The position numbers were made by a program, and so were the translations under genes. 64,000 bases of DNA from Phoronis australis (lineage: Eukaryota; Animalia; Phoronida): the NCBI GenBank assembly GCA_002633005.1, contig NMRA01000069.1, forward strand, positions 1,059,786-1,123,785, read 5' to 3'. The notes beneath the pieces were generated by a model that was not told the origin of the DNA, searched no databases, and was given only the letters and a program-made list of their open reading frames with translations. Shown piece by piece: positions 13,465 to 25,888 of this stretch; position 1 is the first letter of the stretch; each line of letters begins with the position of its first letter.

Positions 13465-16057
13465 ATGGAAGCAGTCGAAAAAGCTGTTCCTGAAGAACAT
13501 TTGAAGCACTTTGAGGGAAATGTCGCGATCGAAACCAAGGAAACCTCGAAGTTTTCATGTGATGAGTGTGGACTCACAATGCCGTATGATTACTTTGGAA
13601 ATCAACCACCGTTTTTGAAGTCTTTTGTGTAAGGTCTTGTCCCCGACACGGCACTCATGATTCACTTCAGATGATGATGATTGTTGTCTGAGAGTACAGC
13701 CTACAGGCACCTTTAATCAACCATCGACGATATACTATAATAAAGAGTATATCTTCTAGGGCTGATTAAAAGTACCTGTGCAGAGAGTTAGTCAGCCAGC
13801 TATCTAGTATCTGTATCAAGACTATTATTATCAAAATAAAGCTAGGTTGGATGGTGCAAAGATACCCTTTGTGCCTTTGTGGCTTTGTCATTGTGTGAGA
13901 CACAGACGTCCTCAGCTTCTGATCGTCCCCAATACACTATATAATACTAGTAGTATTCTATATATAGTAGTGTGTTGGAGACGGTCAGAAGTTGAGGACG
14001 CCTGTGGTGTGAGACACTCTGGTGTTCACGTTCTTGGTACTTGGTAGAGCGCCTGTTGCAGTGTTGCATTGGAAAAGTGGGACTGTTGTAGATGTGCTTC
14101 CAGTGAATCGTGTGACTCACCCTCGGTTTTACATCAAAATCTAGCACATACAACCTTCCTTAGATTCAAATGACAAATGTGATCTCTTGTCTGTTACAGC
14201 GGTTTAAAAGAAACAAACTGATAATTAAATGCCATTTTCTAACATCGCTCTCATTTTTGTAACAAAGTCAAGTCTCATAGTTAGGTTTTTTAAAGTGCTT
14301 TGGGTCATATCCAGGTTAAAGGGACATCATTGTTTTTACCCTTGAAAAATTCATTTTTGGTGTTATGTGGATGGTCCAGACTTTTTGTAGTATTTAGCTT
14401 TGACAAGATTGAGCTATAAAACAATGAAATCCATTGTGCTGTTATGATTTGATTCAAATTGCCAATTCTGGCTGGTGTCTACTAGATGTTACTGCAGTCA
14501 GGGCAGATGATTTTCAGTTAAATTCTCTAGTTAATACTCTGTCAGTTCTTGAGTGCGATTTAGTTTGGAGCTTGTTAACAGAGTATTTTGTTGTGAATGA
14601 GAACATTCAAAAAATCACCTTGCTCGTCGATATTGTCTCTTCAACCATCTTGAGTCACTTTTCGTGTTGGTTTATCCTTTCCTGCCAATCGTATTGGTTT
14701 CAAGATAAGTGTTCACCATATAGATGACTTTTCTAACTTTGTTGCATTAAAGGTGTATACTTTTTTAATTCCAGGACCCTGGAAGAAGCTTATTTGATGA
14801 AGGACCCGTTTTCATCTGACATCGGTGTGATTGTTCTGGGGTCTCACTGCTCACTGTGCCACAAGCCGGTTTGTGTATCAGTGGTAAGAAGGGGGTGTCA
14901 CTGTCCCTAAAGCACTGACAATTACAATGAAATTAACATGTGTCACTGAAACTGAAGGTTCCTGGGATGCTTATGTTCAGATAGATCTGTAGCTGCAGGC
15001 TCACATGAGTGTCACTGTGTCAAAAGGATAACGAAAACGCTATCATTTTAGCCCAATGAGCTGTCCGCAAAAGGGTCATTTTTGCCAGTAGTTCGTTTGG
15101 TCACCTGCCAAGTCACTTTTAAGAGAAAATTGATTTCAAAACATGCTCAGTCTCTGCAATCACAATGATAGAACAAGGAAATGGCTTCTTATCAACGCTC
15201 AAATGTCCTTTGAAGCAATGGGTCTGGCTATAAGAGTGCTAGTAAGAAGACAAGCAGAAACGCCAATAGTTTTAGGGGTAACTCAAAGCTCGTGCAAAGT
15301 GCCACCAAAGGTGACCCATTTGCATTACTGGCATCTTAGTGCTAGAGCGAAAACATTACAGCATGTTAGCCTGCATGTGAACAGGGTATTAAGATGCTGC
15401 ATGGAGGTGAGCGACCTCGAGGTGCAAGAGGCTAACATTCGTGGTAGCCATAAGGAACACAATGAGACCAACTGTATGAGGTCATTGTGATGTCAAAGGT
15501 CAGGGAGGCATTTCCCCAAAAAAACAAGGCTGCTATTGTCAGTGACATTTGTGGTAAGAATAGTGTGTGATCTTGATTTGTATCTGTATTATTATGGAAC
15601 TAAAACAATGAATTGCGTGTTTCAACAAAATTTATTAATCAGAAAATTAATGTTCTTTGTTTAGCCATCTTTTTCTCCATGTTGTGAAACAAGCCAGCTT
15701 TTTCTCTCTTGGCTGTGCCATCCAAACATTGTTCAAAACTAGCCATAGCAACGGTGACCATTAGATGAGACCCTGCCTATAGATACACCTTATGGGTGTG
15801 CATCAATTTCTAAATTTAGGTACAAGCTTAAGACACCCCCTTGTGTGTCAGATATTTTGTGTATCCCTGGAGTGCACCTGTCAGACTGTTTTTGGCTTTG
15901 CGAAATTCAGTAGCGTTACTTGGTATTCTTCCAGGACTGCAGCGTCTTCTACACCAGACGATTCTGCTTACCTTGTGTACAAGGTAACTTGGAAGAATTT
16001 CCCCAGGAGATCAAAACGGAGCTTCTCAATCGCAAAAAGAAGCAAGAAACACAATGA
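13465..16057 (+). CDS. CDPF1: Cysteine-rich DPF motif domain-containing protein 1; exons 13465-13628, 14775-14883, 15935-16057 (~131 aa; possible upstream in-frame ATG at 13384)
   Basis: Spliced product ...FSCDECGLTMPYDYFGNQPPFLKSFV/TLEEAYLMKDPFSSDIGVIVLGSHCSLCHKPVCVSV/DCSVFYTRRFCLPCVQGNLEEFPQEIKTELLNRKKKQETQ* shows the DPF motif and the CDPF1 cysteine pattern; GT-AG sites and phases are consistent. Confidence 0.93.
13901..14006. mobile_element. 106-bp palindromic MITE (CACAG termini, 8-bp TSD GTGTGAGA); P- or hAT-type
   Basis: TIR CACAGACGTCCTCAGCTTCTGATCGTCCCCAATACACTA...GTCAGAAGTTGAGGACGCCTGTG; GTGTGAGA at 13893-13900 and 14007-14014; same termini as the elements at 26228 and 26953. Confidence 0.88.
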
Positions 16058-16136
16058 CACCTGATGTGGATTGTGAAAGTTATTCAAGGGAGAGAACATC
16101 ATTGTTTGTGAGATAATCCGGAGCCAACTGGACATC

Positions 16137-16259
16137 TCAGTTTCTTGTGCAAAAAAGCTCAGATTATCCATAGGATAACAGTGTTGTGGAATTGCATGTC
16201 AGCTTTCTTGTGCGAAAAAGCTCAAATTATCCATGGGATAACTGTGTTGTGGAATTGCA
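16137..16259. repeat. ~62-bp direct repeat x2 in the CDPF1 3' UTR
   Basis: TTTCTTGTGC(A/G)AAAAAGCTCA(G/A)ATTATCCAT(A/G)GGATAAC(A/T)GTGTTGTGGAATTGCA occurs twice. Confidence 0.85.
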
Positions 16260-18818
16260 AGTGAATTCCTGTGTCACCAAAGGAGATTAAAATACCTAGA
16301 TATGTGAAGTAAATGGTGCGGTTTTCAAAGTCTTCTGATAAATTTCAGGATTGCTGTTGCAGTACAATGCGACATTAGTCAACATCTGTGGCAGAAATTA
16401 GATGAAGGGATATAGTGTTCCTCTAAGTGCTGATACGATGAGCAGATAACTGACAGTTGTTTGGGAAAAAAGAATGCTGTTTTCAAGAATTGTAGTTCGT
16501 GAGAAAGACGATACAGCTTCCGCGAAAAGATTACATGCGATAGAAAAGAGGTCTGGATGTCTTCTTGGCTATAACTCAATGAGAGTTAGAAGCTTTTTCT
16601 ACTTTTACAGTGAAAGCAACACTTCTTTATGTAGCCTTTGCTTAAAAGAAAATTCCCTGCTCATCTTGGGACATTTTTCACGACTGATTATCGTTTCCCT
16701 AGCCCTCTGCAAGACCTATGCACGCAAGAAAAGAAAGATTATGTGAACGTCCTAGCAGAAGGCCCACTTCTCCTGTTCAGATGGATTTCTGTTGTGCAAA
16801 CACAATGACCGACACAGGTCATTGTATCTGCTCAATAAAAGTGTATACAGGCATATAATGTGGGGGGGTTAATAGACCATGTACATCACATTTATATTGT
16901 TGCATGCATAGTATGGTAAATAAACAGGGAAATTATTTGTCACTGAAAATGTATATATTTAACCAGATTTTTTTCAAGTAAAAGTTAACATAAAAATGGT
17001 TGCTTTCCTCCAACATGAAAGTTAGCCTGCCATTAATGATATGTTTTTGTTCAATACTTATTCACTGCTGCTAGAGGCATGTCTGAGTGCTGCAAATGAC
17101 AAATTATGTACAATTGTCCCAAAGTCTGAGACAATTCAATTGAATTGTTTAATCAAAAATATTTCTTCCACTTTTATTATTTAAGTAACTTGTTTATACC
17201 ATTAGCAATCTAGGATTTGCTATTAAAAATATAAAAATGTGATTGACCTTATCAATACATGCAATAGCAGATTATATAATATTTCACAAATTACATTAAA
17301 ACGAACATCACTGTCTCGGCAATCCATGGCACATCAAATAAAAACAAAATAAAACAGATTTCAAATCATACTTCTATTAAAAATTAGACTCTGGCATGTT
17401 TTTTCTATTACAAATTGGAAACCTCCAATAAATTATTTTTAAAACGCCTTATTTCTAACTTTTGGAAGAAAAATGAGACAACATGACGTGTATTAAACAA
17501 TCCGATTAATATTAAATACCTGGGGCTTTTGTGAATGGTCCTTGCTGATCTGATTAGTCCCGAAACCTGCACCTACAAGTGCCTTTGGAACAGTTTTGAC
17601 TTGAAACAAGGAAGTGTACAACAAAGCTAATCACTCAAAGAGTGAACAACGCTTAAATTAAGAGCTAAGTTTCGAATACTAGGAGAAATCATTTGAAGGC
17701 TAATGTAATTTTGCCAAAATTGGGAAATACTAGCTTGGACTTAAGGATCTATCATCCTAACTTGAAGAACCAGAGATGTTAAAATTTATCACATTCCAGC
17801 AAAGAAAAACTTTCAAAATCAAAAAGAAGCATCTCATTTTTAGAACTTTATTAGCTCTGCGAACCTGTTCCACGAGCATCGTAAAAGTAATTAGAAAACA
17901 AAGTTCAACTGACATACTTTCTGCGCCTGTTCTGAGCCTCCAGCAGACTCGTATTACTCTTGGATAGCGCATATGTACAGGTCTAAAGGAAACATCCGAA
18001 AATATAACCGTTTTGTACTAAAAACATGAACAACTAGGTCAAATAACGAACCAATGGGGGTTGATCACGTGGAACGGATTACTTTTGTCATTCTCTAGTT
18101 ATACCAGCAGGTACTTATTTGCAGCAGGTGGTATAGGGGGACACATGACTTCATGAGACGACCCCTCCCATTCCGCTACAGGTAAATAGTATATGGTGCC
18201 ACATAACCACTTCCCTCATTGCAACTTGAAAGCAACCGCGTTAAGCATTTTGATACAATGAATGCCAATTCTTGGATAAACTTGGAGGTAGTTTAGTGAT
18301 TTATAAGTAAAATTTATTGTTAAAGAGCATCAAAAATTTTCAATGCACATTTGTTTGGCAAAACCATTTTCCATTAAAAAATACTTTCACAAATGTCAAT
18401 TCACCTACCAAATCATCCAAGAATGTCAATGATTATTGACAATCCCTTCAATGTTGCTAAAATCGTTGCTTTTTGCCATTTGCGAATATTTGGATTTGAC
18501 ACAAATAGGACACAAAGTTTGATTTTTTCAACGTACACAATCTCAAAAATGAAGTTTGACGAAAGCAGGAGATATAATGACCACGACCTTTCTGTGGATC
18601 AAGATTTAATTTTCCGCCATTCCTTTTAGAGAATACAAAGACAAGGTTTTGGAGATTTTTATAACTGGATCAAAGATCATGATTTGTTTCCATATATCAC
18701 TTGCAAACATTTGAATTCTTAAGTGTTCAATGTGCCAAACACGGGTCCAGCATCTTTAAATGAAAAATGGTGATCGTATTCGCTTAAAAAAATTACAATA
18801 ATCAAAAACCAGTTTTTG

Positions 18819-21800
18819 TTATAACTCGGCGTTTTTCTTCTCTCCATCTTTGCTGTGCCTCAAGTCTACATCCTCGCTGAAACAATCCTCAGTAGAGTCG
18901 TCGTAACTGCCCAAAACATCTGCTTGTGGCAGTTGGCGATCACAACTCGTCTCCAAAGCACCATGTCGCCCCTTAAGTACATGATCAGACTTAAAATTCA
19001 CGGTTCTATAGTCAACACTATTCGCTTGTCCATCATCCACACCAGCAGTGCTGCCACCACTTGGTCTAATCTCGAGGTCATTAACTTTGGCCACTATCAC
19101 ATTTGTGGCTCCGCGTTTGGTTTGCTCTCCAACCGAGGCTGCAACACCTGGCGAAGAAAACTTGTCCATGTTTGACGATTTATCAGTTCCGAAGTGCAAT
19201 GTATGCAGTTTCTCTGTTGCCTGGCGTAGAGATTTGAATTCCTGCTGAATAACATCCGTTATGGCCTTCCTCATTTCCATCTGAAAGTAAGAAGGCCTCA
19301 TTACAAGTATGCTAAGGCACAAAAGAAGTTGCACAAGAAATAAATACGGTAAAACCTCACCAATTTCAGACAAAAATAATACTTAGCAGTTTTTCATTTT
19401 CTCATTATTGTGAATGGTGTTAGCTATGGTAACAAACCTTGAACATGTACGGTAAATGCATTCCATTTTTGCAACATATCGTTTGTGGGATAAATAAAAA
19501 AGTAAAAATTCAATTGTCTATCACATTAGGTTTTAAATTATTGAGATTTTACTGTCACAGTGCAGCTTGAGCATATGGATGGGTTTGTGCCATCAAACAT
19601 TACCAAAGTTGTTCATGGTCATGCAGAAAGGATAAAATTCCTTCCACAAAAACTCAAATACAACAGCCTCCTTTATTAAGCAACATGTGTTGTTAGAGGT
19701 GAATTCTAACAATATCAACCCCTCTGCATAGGTATCCTAGGGAGCTCAATGTGGTTTTAGCGTGATGCATGCCCTTAATAAATGGAACATCTCTACACAC
19801 CTCAGACTGGATGTCCCCCCTCCCCAGGAATTAGTCATTGGATGCACATGACCCGATGTCACAGCCATTCAAGTATCCCCCTAGTACTTACAGGACTTTT
19901 GTTGGCGCCCCTCATGTTTTGAAGCAGCTCGCTGAAGTCCATTGGGGTTCCAATGTTGACGGTGACTTTCTGAGGGAAAAGAAACAGATGGCTGAGTTCC
20001 ACGCATAATTCATTTATCAAATTATCAGCGAGCTGCAGCGTCAAGTAGAGCAATCGTACTATGTCAAAGATTTCAATGGTCCATTGAAATGGATCAACAT
20101 GTTTGCATGGAAGAAAGTACTTTACACTTGTGCTGACCTTAAATCCACTAGCAAAATATTGTAATTATCAGCATACCTAATTTTTTAATTAATAAACATT
20201 AAAACTTAATTCCAAGAAAGTTACGTATACAGGTAGAAAACACATCCGACTTGGCTACGAACATGTGTGTTCACAAAGTAAGTCGAAAAATAGTGTTTGA
20301 TTTGCTGTTGATTGACAAAAAAGTAAGTTGGAAGTTTAATTAATTTTACAATATCTTACTCACTTTGAATATCCTGGGAATATAGGGTGATCTGTTTGGC
20401 AGAATGTCATCGATTCCTACAATAAAGATAAAAAACTAGTAAGATTAAGAAATGCTTGCTGTGGCCTCAGGTGTTGTTAAACAACAATTGAGGCCAAACA
20501 AAGCACAAGTTTATTCATTATCCAATGGTTTTCACTAAAGTCAAAATGTGAAATGCATCCCACTGGATATTTGACAAGGCTTAAAAAGTAAAACAGTATG
20601 GCACTGAATAATACCACCACAATTTCTCCTGAATAATAACTGCACAAAAACAGTGACCAAATGATGAGTAATGACAAGTGTAATTTGGTAAACAAAATAA
20701 AATTGTTTTTGTGTTATTATTAAGAGGAAAGTTGATCAAAACTGTGGGCGCACACTCGTCCCTCAACTCTGTGGGGGACAATGTCATTAGCGCAGTTCTT
20801 AAAAGGATTACGAAGCCTTGTTCTAGAGACTTCACCCAAAACTGTGTCAGGTACCTTCTCTGCACAGTTAGTGTCTCATCTGACAGGTGTCAAAGCATTA
20901 TTCGGCTAAAAGTTGACATAATGCTACAAAGGTGTCCATTGACACAGATCAAGTGATATTTACAGCACATTGTTTATTAAACACAAATGGCATTAGTAGG
21001 CTAAGGTTTAGCTAGAATCCTGGCAATACTGACGCCGAATTCTTTACATCAAAATTCGTTCACACAAAACTAGAATAGAAAATGCCGAAAATAAACTAGC
21101 TTTTAAGTATAGACCCTACGTTCAAAAGCATAAAACAAATGATCAAAAAGTCTTGTTATGTAGTCATATTGGTTGTCTTATAAGTAATTATTGTGACATC
21201 AATAACTAAAATGCAAATGTCGTGACCAATCATGGACGATCATCTGTAGGCACTTCATGGTAACAAAGCTGATATGCCATCTGTATTGGGGTCAGACGAT
21301 AAAAAGGTGAATCAGCAGTCTGATGAGCGTTCACATGGGACCTTTTCCTGACATCTGATCTGCTTCCAGACTGGTCAGCATGTGAACGCTGTATACCAGT
21401 GTTCCAGTTTTAGTACGTACCCATGTGCCACATTGGTAGTACGACAGGAGTGATCTTACTTTCAGCTATCAGGCGCCCTACGCCCCACTTCAGGCGCAGA
21501 TACTCCTTCGTCATATTTACTTTGCCTGGAAAATGTAGGGCCACATTCAGCTCTATGGGTATTTAGACAGACATCATTCATTTAAAGAGCTCTACAATGC
21601 TTCCATAAGGATTCTATTGCTCAGATCCCGACAGCATGTCCACATTTCAAGGTTTCTCTAACGACATTGTCTAGATGATTCTCTGGCTCCACTTAATTGA
21701 CTCTACTAATTCAGCTTGATCAAGTGACTAAGATACGTCACCGGTTCTCAATGAAAACGTCCAGCTCACAAACCAAACAGATGTCATTTGCATCTTGAAG

Positions 21801-24800
21801 CACAGGTAATAACTCTTTGCTTATGCTTGACTAATTTCCATTTATGCTGGGTACTCTCCTGGCCCCATTCATTCCGTTACTGGCAGGATAAAAGCAAGAC
21901 ACACTAGATGGGACGTGATCTTAGAGTGTGAAGTATCAGCTTACCTCTTAGGTTTTTGCTGAATGTGAAACTCACTCCATTCACAGACAAGCAAGTTTTT
22001 AACATCATGGTAATCTCACCTGGGACACCAATTTCGGACAAAATCAATTACCAAAATTGCATGTTTTACATTTTTCAAAAACTTCTAAAAAGGTTGTGGT
22101 TTCTCAAAACATTGACTGATGGAAACTCTGTTCAAGAATTTAGATGTGGTTTAGTGTAGAATTATTTTAAGGAAAACAAGTCTGTCCGTCATGTTGTGTC
22201 CTGAACTGGTAAGCTTCTACCTTACCTCCAACATGGCCGCATTTTTGTGAGGCATTTTTGTCAACCATAGAACTCTTTTCAACACGAATCACAGTGCATT
22301 GCTATAAGTACACATGCTCCATCAGCAACAGACATGCCCACTTCACTTACAGCAAAGTAACAGAGCTGCAAGCCACAGACTATATCAGCAGTTACTAAGC
22401 AAAATGAGTTCCGACTTGCAGCTCATGCAGAGGGTGAACAAGAGCGCCACACTGTGGCATGAAAAAGAAATGACTGCATCTGAACAGAATGTTGTGGGTC
22501 AGGCACAAAGACAAACCAAAAAAGATGGCGTCAACGCACATCAGCATTAAGTAGGGGACACTTGTATATTTAGAGGAAATGTTCTTGGCTGTCGTCTGTT
22601 ACATCACAATGATATATGGCAAATTTCAGATTTTTTCAGCAATTTAATCAATGAAGGGAGAATAACATGATCATATATTAAATACAATACAGGTTGTACA
22701 GTATCACCACCATCAGACGATGCTTTTAGAAATAGTGGGCATTCACAGCAAACCTTTGAAGAATTGAAAAAACAATTTTGGTAGTTTAACTTATGTCCAA
22801 AATTGGTGAGATTTTACTGTTAGTACAAGAGCTGAGCACAAGGGTATTTATTGTTCAGTTAACTCGGGCCAATCAGAATGAGAGATTTTATCATCAAAGT
22901 GAGGCAAAATTCCACTTCTCTGAAGGGAAGCATCGATCATTGTTCGAGTCTCGGACAAAAGATTTCCAAATTGGTCTTCTTCACTTTTTAAAGGCTCCTA
23001 ACAACAATGCGGTGAATGGCTACAGTTTCACAATATATTGTGCAATCATGGTAGATATGATAAACAACATAAGACTGAAGAAGCTTTTATTTTGTGTTAA
23101 TCTTTAAAAAATGAAAAAAGAAAACTTTTACTCGTCCACTATGTCGTGTATTGGCGAGATTTTACAGTGCATAAAGAACATAACAACTATCGACTACTAC
23201 CTTCAGGAAAGATGTGAACCCAACCCCCTCTGTTGAGCTGTTCCAGAACAAAGTCCATGCTCCTCTGATACACCCCATTGCCCCTGACGACGGGCACGAC
23301 CTGGCCATAGCTGAAGAACCAGTTTAAGTATTCGTTGGTGAACATGATGTCATGGCCTCCGAGCGCCCATCGCATACGGTCAACATTGGTTATGTGTCTC
23401 ATTTTCAACAAACCTGGATATTAAAAAAACACACCAAATTACAGGCAGACCAAGGCTATGTTCTGTAGACCCAAGATGCTTGCGAATCACTTGCAGAAAT
23501 GGAATTCAGTAAATTCTATCCCATAATACAACAATTCATGGTCACCCACTGATAACTTCAGTGGCCGCCATTTTGCTAGCGTACGCTTCTAGTAAGGTGT
23601 CTAGCATACTCGGTTTGGATTTTAAATGCAAGGTTCAAACGTGAATGAAACCTACCCAGACATCTGTATAATGTATTTAATACTACTAAATCATGACGAA
23701 AATATACTATAATGTTAGAACAGCTACGCCTGGAACAGAATGAGATAATGCACAGTTTGTCTCAACATCACAGTTTCCAAAAGTAGTAGCCATCACAGGA
23801 ACAGAGCGACTCTTGATGGTAACCAGTGTTCACCAAAGAGAGGTTCATCAAGACAAGATTATAGTTACTAACAGTGACCAGTGGTCTGTGATATAATAGA
23901 CTCACCAAGCAAGAGAGGGTCGTCAATGCAAGAATCATTCTCACAGATATTGGCCAGTGGTCAATGAGAGAATATACTCACCGAACAAGAGAGGGTCATC
24001 AAGACAAGAGTCATGGTTACTGACTGTGACCAGTGGTCTGGAGGGCTGACGGTGTTCAACAAGGTCATGCAGTACTTCTTTGTTGTATACTTTCACCTTG
24101 TTAGCAAACTCTGAAACACATCAAGCTCAACAATAATGAAGCAAAACAAGGAAACTTCTTAACAAGGGAGGGATGCTGTGAAACTACTGGACCCTACAAA
24201 TGACATGAGAACAATCACCGTCGATTTGGATTTTGGATTTGTTTAAAGACAATATAATTACAGGAATAACATATTTCTGTCGGATATTTTTCAAACAAGT
24301 CTCATTTTAACAATTTATAAATTTAAAATGATTTTTACATCACGCCTCTAAAGATCATTACAACTTCTACACAGTGTTGCCTTATCTAGAAATTCCTAGA
24401 TTGTCCTCTGCGATGTAGGAATATTCCTACATCATGCAGATTCACGCATGATTCAGAATAATGACACAATAATGTGTGAAACCAATACATTGCTGCCAAA
24501 TATGCCTGGGGTCTTCATCAAATTATTATATCATACTTATCACAGATATTCATCCATGAGGTATAATAATTTGATATTAACTTTTATGAATTAAATTCAA
24601 AGCAGCCATGAAGTGCAACAATTGATTTAGACCACTCGACACAAGTTGGTCTTAGCAAACAACTGATCGTTCGTTATCAGAAGTGATTTCTGGGTTTCGG
24701 CAAAAAACTGACAAGCAAAGTAAGCCATCGTCTCGAGCAATTGCTATTTGGTGAACTGCTAATTCTTTCAAAACCATGAAAATAACCTCCATATACTAAT

Positions 24801-25492
24801 ACCACCACGACTTTTGTGGTTTTATCAGTGTGAGGCACAATTCGACGAAAAGCTTCCAGCATTGTGACCATTTGTGGTAAGAATTACGTCTTACATGAGA
24901 CAAGTCAAATAACGTCTCACAACACCACTGTCTCTACTCAGAAACTTGAGAATAAAAAAGCTTCTGTCATGCTCTTGAGAACACAGAGAAAAGTTGCATA
25001 ATTATGAAAATGTTTCACACCTATCATAATTTTAGCACAGCCGCCAAAAAGACCGTAGATAATTCGACTTTTCCTGAACCATTTCGCCAATTTAGCTTCA
25101 TCAAACAACCATGAATGTGTCAATTTCGATCCCCGTTTCTTCACGCTATTGCACTTATCCATAAGCATTGTAACTGACGACTTATAAAACCAGAGCAGAA
25201 CACAATGTGTTTACATCCGATCAACGTAAACACGAGAGAACGACCGACGAAATCATGTAGTCCAATGAACCGGATATCAGACTTATCAGAACAACTGACC
25301 GGAAGACGAAAGGGACAATGGCTCATGTCGAAATAGCAGCCGATTGAAAATGGTAGCACCCCGGGTCTCACCTATCCATACTTTGCACGTAACACCCACT
25401 GCAGTGATTATTGCTTTGCTTGACCTTCTCCACCGAAGCGAAGCTGTGCCAGGGGCAGGCGCTCTCCATTTAACAGTGCTTGATTGCGCCAT
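18819..25492 (-). CDS. TAFAZZIN: Tafazzin (cardiolipin transacylase); exons 25492-25372, 24110-23982, 23413-23201, 21525-21421, 20416-20364, 19969-19892, 19280-18819 (386 aa)
   Basis: Seven phase-compatible GT-AG exons give the acyltransferase motifs [19 protein letters not shown] (HxxxxD), [65 protein letters not shown] and [13 protein letters not shown], all characteristic of tafazzin. Confidence 0.96.
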
Positions 25493-25888
25493 TAAATTAC
25501 GATAACACCGTTTCTACTCCGTCTGGCTCCAGTTTTTTTCAACCTGTGGTATCCTACATCGCCATATTTTTTGTTTGGTGTCACAGATATCAAAAGTGGG
25601 TCAAACCAGATCAGCAACATATTAGGACCGTTTCTTGTTTTAACATTTTTATCCAAATCATACTGCAATGCCACTGTGGCAGAACGAACAATTCTTTGCC
25701 AGAAAAATACATAGACCAAAGACTCGGGCACAGTATTCGAAATTGGGTCATTGATTCTTCATCCTGACTGGATAATTCCTCTCACGTGACACCTATTTCC
25801 TGCCATCTTTTGACTTTGTTATTTCTTGGAGTTCCCCACGAGGGGACTGCATCAGATAAAATAAAAATTCCAGGGATATTTATTCAAA
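25493..25888. promoter_or_regulatory. Putative bidirectional promoter, tafazzin / RYBP-YAF2
   Basis: Divergent ATGs at 25492 (minus) and 25889 (plus), 396 bp apart; contains a YY1-like CGCCAT (25560) and an E-box TCACGTGA (25782). Confidence 0.6.
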
